DNA of 62,994 nucleotides, filler included, from Reclinomonas americana ATCC 50394 (Eukaryota): NCBI GenBank assembly GCA_048213135.1. It is 11 parts of 11 records of this genome, joined end to end, with 100 filler letters (N's around TTAATTAATTAA, not from the genome) between each part and the next. Parts side by side here need not be neighbours in the genome. Positions count along the whole stretch, not along the records: positions 51,976 to 61,771 come from AFZH01019599.1; positions 61,872 to 62,994 come from AFZH01019601.1; 9 more parts are not named here. One strand, 5' to 3'. Shown piece by piece: positions 55,301 to 62,994 of this stretch (position 1 is its first letter; each line of letters starts with the position of its first letter). The notes under the pieces were generated by a model. It saw only the letters and a program-made list of their open reading frames with translations, ran no database searches and was not told where the DNA came from. The position numbers and the translations under genes were made by a program.

Positions 55301-58300
55301 ACCAGCACCATGTGGTCAGTCAATAGCAGTACAGCACAACAATGAACAAACGCAACGATGCTCTAACAGGTGGCCGCGTGGAGCTTGCCGACACATTCAG
55401 CGCCTCCTCCGCCTTCAGTTCTGCGTGCAGCTGCACCAGCTCCGACACATCACGGAGGTGGTCGATCAGCTGACCAAACTCCTCAGCCCTGCCAACCGCC
55501 TCCTCAAAATCGCTGACCAGCTGCTCAAGCACGACAGGGACAGCGCGTCAACAAAGAGTACAACAATCCCTGCTCAAAACAGAGACACACGCACCCAGTC
55601 AATGTGCGCGCCAAACATCGTTCCCGACTTTTCAAAATCGTCGTCTCCCGCCTCCGAGTCGTTGCTGCCGCTTGCCGATGGCTTCTTCTGCAAGCACACA
55701 TCAGCATCATCAAGCAATCAAAATGAGCGAGGGAGACACTGACCGGTGAGCGGTACAGCTGGAGAATGGTGTGGCGGAACTCGTCACGCTGCTCGCTGAG
55801 CACATTCTCCGTCTCCAGCGACGCCGAATAAACGCATGTCTGTCAAGAAAGAGACCGGAACTGAGAATCAACAACTCCCATACTGCGCACACTTCACAAG
55901 GATGCTCACCTGCGTCACCAGATCGTCCGTCACCACCAGCACATCAATCATGTCCCGCAGCACGCTGGCCACCTGTCGCACATCTTCTCCATCCACCTGC
56001 GCGACAGAGATGTAAGCAAGGAGGCGCTCTCACTGACGAGAAACCCACGACAGCGTGCCACGCAACTGCCTCCACCAGTGCAGATCGCAGAATCTCACTC
56101 ATGACTTGCGTGCAGATTTGCTCGGAGGTCGAGCGAAGTCGCTGTTGTGCCAACACGCTCTCCATAAAGACTGCCTTCGGGATCCCAAACAGTTCGTAAA
56201 TGCCGAAATCCACCGAGTACACGGTCGCCCCTGCCAGCTCTGTGGCCTCCTTGTCCTCGAGCTGGACGGCAAAAAGGCGTCACCAACACCGTCGCCAACA
56301 CATAAGCGCATCGTAAAGAAGACATACCTCGCCAACCGTGCTGGAGCGCCGTGCGGCAGTCACGGGCACCTTGGGTGCCACAGGTCGACCACGGCGCAAA
56401 GTCATTACTCGCGATGCGCTGGTGGGGTCAGCCTGCGAACATGCACTGCTTTAGCACAAACAAGCACACACATCCGAGCAATGCAAAGCTGAGGGGACAC
56501 GCACCGCCAGTCGTCGTTCCAGCTCAGCGAGTCTCTCCTGCGCACTCGACCACAGATTGATGGAGAAGCCGGGTGAGAGGACGCCTTGCACAATCGCACT
56601 GCGCGCGTCCTCATGAACGAATTTCGGCAGAGCGCCAATGCGGCTCCGCAGCTCCTCGTAATCCAAGTTCGGCTGTGCGAGAGAAAGAGAGTGAGCCAAC
56701 TGCAGAGGCACGCCACGGGCGGCCAACGAGCCATCGACTCACCGCCTCGGGAACGCGGTCGCTGACCGACGGACCGCCTTGCAGGCACCAGTTGATCACT
56801 CGCATGACCCACCGCATCGGGTTCCACATGCGCTGATGATCCAGCAGCTGCACGATAACCGGTGCGTCTTGCGCTCTCAGCGTACCGGTGATCAGCGACC
56901 GTGCAAGTTCGTCCAGTGTTTCACCGCTGATCAAATGAGTGGTAAGTGACTTTGCCAAATCGACAAAAGGGAGAGGAGAGAAACATGAACGTACCGACGC
57001 GCCTGCTCCGACAGCGCGCTGCGGAGGTGCGCCACAGTGCCGCAGTAATCCGTGTACAAATCTCGGCAAAAGACTTGATAGTTCTGCGACTCAAACGTGC
57101 GCAGGTACCTCCACAAGAACTCCTCGCCCCAATCGACCTCCATCAGTGGCCGAGAGAAGAACAATGCAGTCAAGGATAAGATATAGAAAGAATACAAGAC
57201 ACAGTGCGTGAGCTGAAAAATGGCAACAAAGAAGGATATCTCCTGGCTCGAAGATCTGACCAAACAGAATCAGCTCGATTTGGTTTTTCTCGTCGAGGAA
57301 TACGCGCTCCACGTCGTACAGGCGACCCAGCTGGCCGCTACTGGAGAATTGTTGCTGGGCGCACAAGGAGAGCGATAAGAGCAAAGATCACGAAAACTGT
57401 CAGGCAGTCACAGTCGTACGTACCTCCAGCTCCTTCACTGCCGTCTGGAAGCGCTGCTTCATGTTCATCTCCGACGCCGGCATGCCCGGAATGATCCACT
57501 CGCCTTCACCGGCAAACACATTCTTCTCCTTGCGCACGCGCCACAAGCGGATCCATTCCCACTCTTCGGGAGTCAGCACTGCGCCAGCCTTGATCTGCAC
57601 TCCGGGAATCATGCAGCGCATTTCCGAGTCGACCAATATCCTAAAACCGCGGTCCTCCGAGTAGAACTTGACGGCCGCTGTGGAGAATGAGTGAGTCGCC
57701 ATTCCCTTGCTCGTCACCCTGACAGGATCACGCACCAACATAAACTCCCGGATGCAGCGCAGGTGAATCATCGTCTGCACTCATGCGCTTGGCGTGCTTT
57801 TGCGCCGCACGCACCCATCGCTGGCCGGTAAATGTCTGCGCCAGCATACCCAGATGCGTCCCCTCATCCATTCCTTGGTAGACCTTGTAGAACTGCACAG
57901 CGACCGATCAGCACTCTTCTTCCACACACTTGCACATGCAAAGCATGTGTGAAACTCAACTCGCTCCTCAAAATCTTCGGCATCGATCCACTTGTAGCGA
58001 TCACGACGTGGCAGCGGGAAATTAACATCGGTCTCCGGGAACACCACGCACGTGACGAGCAGGAGGTGTTGCGACGACTGCGACAACAGAACGCACGATT
58101 AAAACACACAGGGGAAACGCATCAGGCAGAGGAAAAGATGCCACTCACTTCGCTGCCAATTGACACTGGCCGATCGAATGGCACGCCGAGCTCACCACTG
58201 CCGAGTAGCTGCTTCATCTCCAGCGCCGCCGTGGCAATCGCCTTGCGAATCGGTGTGATACCAATCTCGCCTGATCACCATTGTTCTCACGTGAGCGAGC

Positions 58301-61167
58301 GCAGTCGGAGAAACGCAGAAAGTGTCTAGTCCACCAGCAACTCACCCAGGTTGTCGGGCTTGACAATCGACCCCAGGCTGGTACCGAGGTCGACCAGCCA
58401 CATAAAGTCTGGATGCTCGTCGTCCAGCTGCTGCGCCTCCTCCAGCGATATGCGGATCCGCACCGCTGGCACATTCTCGCGATCCGACTCCACCATCACC
58501 TGCACGAATGCCGGCTCAGTACGAAGTCACAGCGGTACACCACCATGAGCGACAGAGGCACACACCTGATTGCCCTTGAGCATCAACAGCACCAGGTAGA
58601 CGCCATCGTCCCATCGGTTGCGGAAGAGGGCCTCGAGTTCGGGTTTCCGCTTGCGTTCCTTGCGCTGCGCCCGTCAACAACGTGTGTGAGAACATGTGGA
58701 CGGCGACTGCACAACACTCCTACTGCAGCGTCTCACCGCGTCGGATTCGCCACTAAACAGGTGCGACTGAAATGGGACGTAGCGTGGGAAATTCTTGCGG
58801 CCCTCCCACTCCGCCAGCAACGATGTGAGCGTCTGCAGATCGTTGCCCAGATACTGCAGCTGGGTCAGGAGACGCTCGTGTTCCTTGTCGCCTTCCGACG
58901 CGTGTCTGTGCCACAATAGATAACACGAGATGTGAGAGGGGACTGAGAAGAGTGAGCATGTCGTAGAAAACAAGAGGAACACTCAACTGTGGCAGCTGGT
59001 AGGTGACGTTGAGGAGAGCAGACACGGCTCGGTCGTGCAACGCCTCTTTGCGCAGTGGAAAGGGCATCTAACACGAGACTCGTCAGACGTGAAGGAAAGA
59101 CGAAGCCACAACGACGGCACGCACCTTCACAGCCTGCTCAATGATGCACGCGGAAAGATACAGACGATACTCGATGACGGAGTGGCTCTTGGCCATGCGC
59201 TCCAACACCGTGACGGCGAATTCGAGCACCTGATCGCGGACCATCGTCGACGTGATGCGCTGCCACCACAATCACACAGTGGATGTGAGTCCTTGTCATC
59301 CCCGTGGCGCCCACCATTATATCGCAAGCTAACCCTTCTCAAGCTGACCAGCGCCCGTTGCAAATCGGGGCTCTGACCCGAGATGATCTTGTTCAGCTGC
59401 TCGCCCAGATCGGCTTCGGCACCGACGGCCCAGTCGGTGTTGTTGCACATGGAGGCGGCAAAGTCGACGCTGACAATGCGAATCATCATGTGCTCCAGCT
59501 TTGGCAGCCGCGGATTGTACATTTCCGTGTACGCGATCCAAATAGCCTTCTCCATGGCCACCTTGATGGCGTAGTGCCTGAGACGCGTGGCGTCAGCGCG
59601 CGTGATGCGAGAGGCAAGGTGAGGTGACGGCTGGTGTGGACGCAACGACTCGATCTCCAAGCGGTTGTCGTCAATGTTCAGCACAAAGTGGATCATGTCG
59701 CGCTGGCCCAGACTGCGCACGTCCTCCAGCGCAAAGCCCTCCACGAACGGATACGACCGTTCCACCATGTACCTGAGTCCACCGCCAACGCGCGCGGTGA
59801 GTGTCTCGCGATGCAAAGTGCAAGAGCGAAAGAGACGAACCGAGTCTTGGAGAACATGGAGCTCTTGGCTACCACCACAAAGAGCGCAAAGGCACCGCAC
59901 CAGTCGCGCGCAATGCAGAAAATGCGCTCCTGCTTCTTGGTCTTCAGTCGGCTGCGCTTGGTGAGTTTCTGCAATGCAGGCGAGAATGCACAGTCGGGAA
60001 ACACAGTCATTGATGCACACACACACACGCATGCCACCGCACGCCACCGCACCTGCCACACAAAGGTGCCCTTGACGGCGAGCAGCGGTCGCATGCGATC
60101 CATGCCCTCCACGGTGAAGATCTCCTTTTGGAGAATGGCCTCCAGATGCCCTTGCACGATGACTGCAGAGAGGAACGACCGGCATTCAGCGGTGGCGTTG
60201 GCGTGCATGTCATCCATTATCTTACGCACCGTGATGACGGGCTTCCTCCGAGATCTGCTTGGTGAACGGCGACGAGGTGAGCGACGCAAACGGCGTCTCT
60301 GGCACATCGGCCGACGTGGTGCCGGTAACGCGAAACGACTGCCGCAGCGATGGAATGGTGAACGACAGGAAGAAAAGGCAATGGGGTGAACAACAGACGC
60401 ACGCACCGCCGTCTTTTTGCGTGCCAGCACCGAAGCCGACGGCGTGTTGGAGCGATTAGCACGACTACAGCACACAGACTCGATTCAGCGATAAAGTGAC
60501 ACAGATGCTGCGCAGTGGAGAAGGGCACGCCGACCTCACAACGCTATCCACATGCTGCCGCGCCAACGTCGGCGTCGGCGTGTACGTGCCCGCCGGATTC
60601 ACCACGACACTCGCAGCTCCCGCCCGCGATCGCTGCGGCGACGCACCACTTGCATCCATCGGCGACACCGACTGCTTCACCGAGCCCGCCCTCGTCGCCT
60701 CCTTGACCATGGCCGCAATCGATCCAGGCACCGGCGCCGCTGCAACTGCCACAGGAGGCGTCGCAGTAGCAGCAGCAGCAGTCGTTTCGCTCTTGGTGGT
60801 TGCTGGTTGTGGAGGCGGCGGTGCAGCAGAAGACGCACTGGAGGCATCGGCTGCTGCGGGGAGGTTCCACTGCACCATCTGATCAGAGCGGCGGCTGTAG
60901 TAGTATCGCCGCGTCTTTTTGTCGAAATGTTGCTGCCAGCAGTGTCTATCCACCCCCACCCACACACACAGCGCATGAGACACAATAAGCAAAGAATGTG
61001 TGTGCGCGCGCGCGTAACTCTTTGTCTTGCATGGTGGTGCCAGAGTAGTAAAACGTGCGATGACGCGTGGGGTGCACAAACACCTGGTAGCCAGCAGGAG
61101 GCGGCGGTGGCGGTGGCCGCTCCTCTTGCGTGGCCGCACTCGGCGGCGCATCGCTGGCCTCGCTCAT
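52324..61167 (-). CDS. Large multi-exon protein: WW domains, PH-like region, ANKFN1/WAKE-like core domain, helical C-terminus
   Basis: WW: CWQQHFDKKTRRYYY...VQWNLP. Core: DGVYLVLL...DFMWL and LHPGVYVA|AVKFY...LTPEEWEWI...RLYD. Continuity of the 3' half (52.3-56.9 kb) as one gene is inferred. Confidence 0.7.
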
Positions 61168-61320
61168 GAGTGTGAGTGCGTGAGAGTGAGTTTGGGACTC
61201 GCAGGACCGCCTGTCCAAGTCTCACACTCTGCGAGGTTCGCGCGCACACGCATGCCTGTGTTCTGTGCACCGCAACGCTCACTACTGTCACTCACCACTG
61301 TCACAGAGAGAGCAAGAGAA

Positions 61321-61575
61321 ATGGAACACCATCACTGCTCTCACATGGACGCATCATCGTCATCATCTTCATCGTCAATGATGATGGAGCACATGCGCGT
61401 GGGCGAGATGAAGATGACCAGCATGACGTTTGACTATAGCGCAGACGTGGAGATTCTGTGGGATAGCTGGCACACTCGAGATGCGGGTCAACTCGTGGCC
61501 TCCATGTTGGCGCTCATGCTGATGGCCTTTGTGCAGCAGCTGTTCGCCGTCAAGATCGTGCCGTACTTGCGAAAG
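61321..61575 (+). CDS. Ctr/SLC31 copper transporter, first exon (rest lost in gap)
   Basis: His/Met-rich N-terminus, MxMTF motif (MTSMTFDY), ILWDSW and the first TM helix. Confidence 0.88.
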
Positions 61576-61692
61576 GTGAGCACACACGCACACACGCACA
61601 TACACACATAAGAGACAAGGGCCGAGATACGCTCTCACAGCGAGAGAGCGACTTGGCAGGAGATGTAGGCGACGCCTTATCCTTCGCTTATC

Positions 61693-61694
<2 letters not shown>

Positions 61695-61755
<61 letters not shown>
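61695..61755. repeat. (CA)n microsatellite
   Basis: Directly visible. Confidence 0.95.
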
Positions 61756-61757
<2 letters not shown>

Positions 61758-61935
61758 AGAGACGACGACGGNNNNNNNNNNNNNNNNNNNNNNNNNNNNN
61801 NNNNNNNNNNNNNNNTTAATTAATTAANNNNNNNNNNNNNNNNNNNNNNNNNNNNNNNNNNNNNNNNNNNNAAACCCAACAGCTGTGAGACGACAAACCG
61901 CATTCTCTGTTTTGTTTTCGCTCTTCCTCGCACTC

Positions 61936-62845
61936 ACCGGCTTCACGTCGGGAATGTTGAGGTAGAAGCGTGGCAGACCACGGGCCGCCTCCCACACGGC
62001 AAAGAGTGCGGTTGTTTGCCTCTGGTACTCCTTGTACAGACGAATGCACGACCGCGCAGTCAACTTGTCCAGAGAGAAATAGTTGTCTGTGGTGGCGGTC
62101 GCGCGGTCAGATTGCCAACCCACTTCTTCCATCCCCCACACCTTCTTCACTCACCGAGCATGTTAAGCACGCCCTCATTGATGGCGGCAAACAGACGGAA
62201 TGACTCCTTCATCAGCAGGATGAACGACGCCATGGTGGTCTCGTTGGCCAGCACACCCTTGCGGAACTGCGCGACATGAGGTGAGGGCGAGACGACGGGG
62301 ATGAGAGCGGCGCAGAGGATGGCATCCGTACCGGGAACGAGATCATGAAATTCAGCTGCTCTTGCACCTTCTCAATGGCCACAATGAGATCCTGCATGTT
62401 GACAATGCCGGCGAGGCGAGTCGGTGTGCCCTTGCTGGCCGAGGTGGCCGGCGCGCCGTCCAGCACCACATCGAATCCCAGCGCCTGCATCACGTACAGC
62501 TTCTGCTCCAGGTAGCGCGCGTACATCTGAATGTACTCGGACTGCGCCATGGCCATATCGTCCTCGTCGTCCATAAATGTGCCCAGGTTGAACACCTCCG
62601 TGGCCGCACGTGACAGCTTCTCCGCAAACAGACGAGGACCCTCCAGCAGCAAGCGGTGGAACACCACCAGCGTCTTCATCGTCGGCTGCAAGCACTGCAG
62701 TGTCAGCCAGCAGCGGCGACAAGGGGCATGAAGAGACGAGGAGAGACGCAACAATCCACTGGTTGGTCTTGTAGCGCTTGAGCAGCATGACCACAATGTC
62801 AGAGATGGCCTCCATGCCACCGCGGTGCATCTCGCTGATGAGGCC
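61936..62845 (-). CDS. ANTH-domain clathrin adaptor (AP180/PICALM-like), partial
   Basis: NQWI|..MKTLVVFHRLLLEG, SEYIQMYARYLEQK, LLMKESFRLFAAINEGVLNML|DNYF. Confidence 0.9.
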
Positions 62846-62994
62846 TGCAAACTCACGCGAGTCAGAGAGAGAAGAGAGAGAGCGAGAGAAGGGAGAGAGA
62901 GAAGGGAGAGAGCGGGAGAGAGAGAAGCGCATGCGTTCACTTGCAAAACGCAGTGAGCCTTCGAGCATGTCTCTCTCTCTCTCGTTCTCTCTGG

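Overview
Eukaryotic, GC-rich, very gene-dense and intron-rich genomic DNA, probably from a protist (the taxon cannot be determined from the sequence). It consists of 11 contigs joined by ten artificial 100-bp spacers (N44-TTAATTAATTAA-N44). About 27 protein-coding genes can be reconstructed by manual splicing; most introns are ~50-90 nt. Recognisable genes: SFR1/MEI5, a putative REase+protein kinase, FAM126/hyccin, DUF4326, a SET-domain protein, PMP3, an NF-YC-like histone-fold protein, NIT1, WD40, an S28 peptidase, POLD2, the TFIIA large subunit, a UVR-motif coiled-coil protein, CtIP/SAE2, RPN9, an ABCC/MRP transporter, a histidine acid phosphatase, NAD kinase, TOPBP1, a WW + ANKFN1/WAKE-like protein, a CTR copper transporter and an ANTH protein. 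Highlights: (1) a giant-virus-like gene with at least 15 tandem 36-aa Cys4 (EsV-1-7-like) repeats that vary at fixed positions, fused to a PD-(D/E)xK-like nuclease and carrying a spliceosomal intron, i.e. a possible natural modular DNA-targeting nuclease; (2) a common second class of 5' splice site, GTTGCGT, equal to the usual local donor GTGCGT plus one inserted T; (3) 6-17 nt microexons, some at catalytic motifs; (4) the ANKFN1/WAKE core domain in a new architecture. All family calls come from motifs recognised by eye; no database searches were run, and gene boundaries are approximate where stated.
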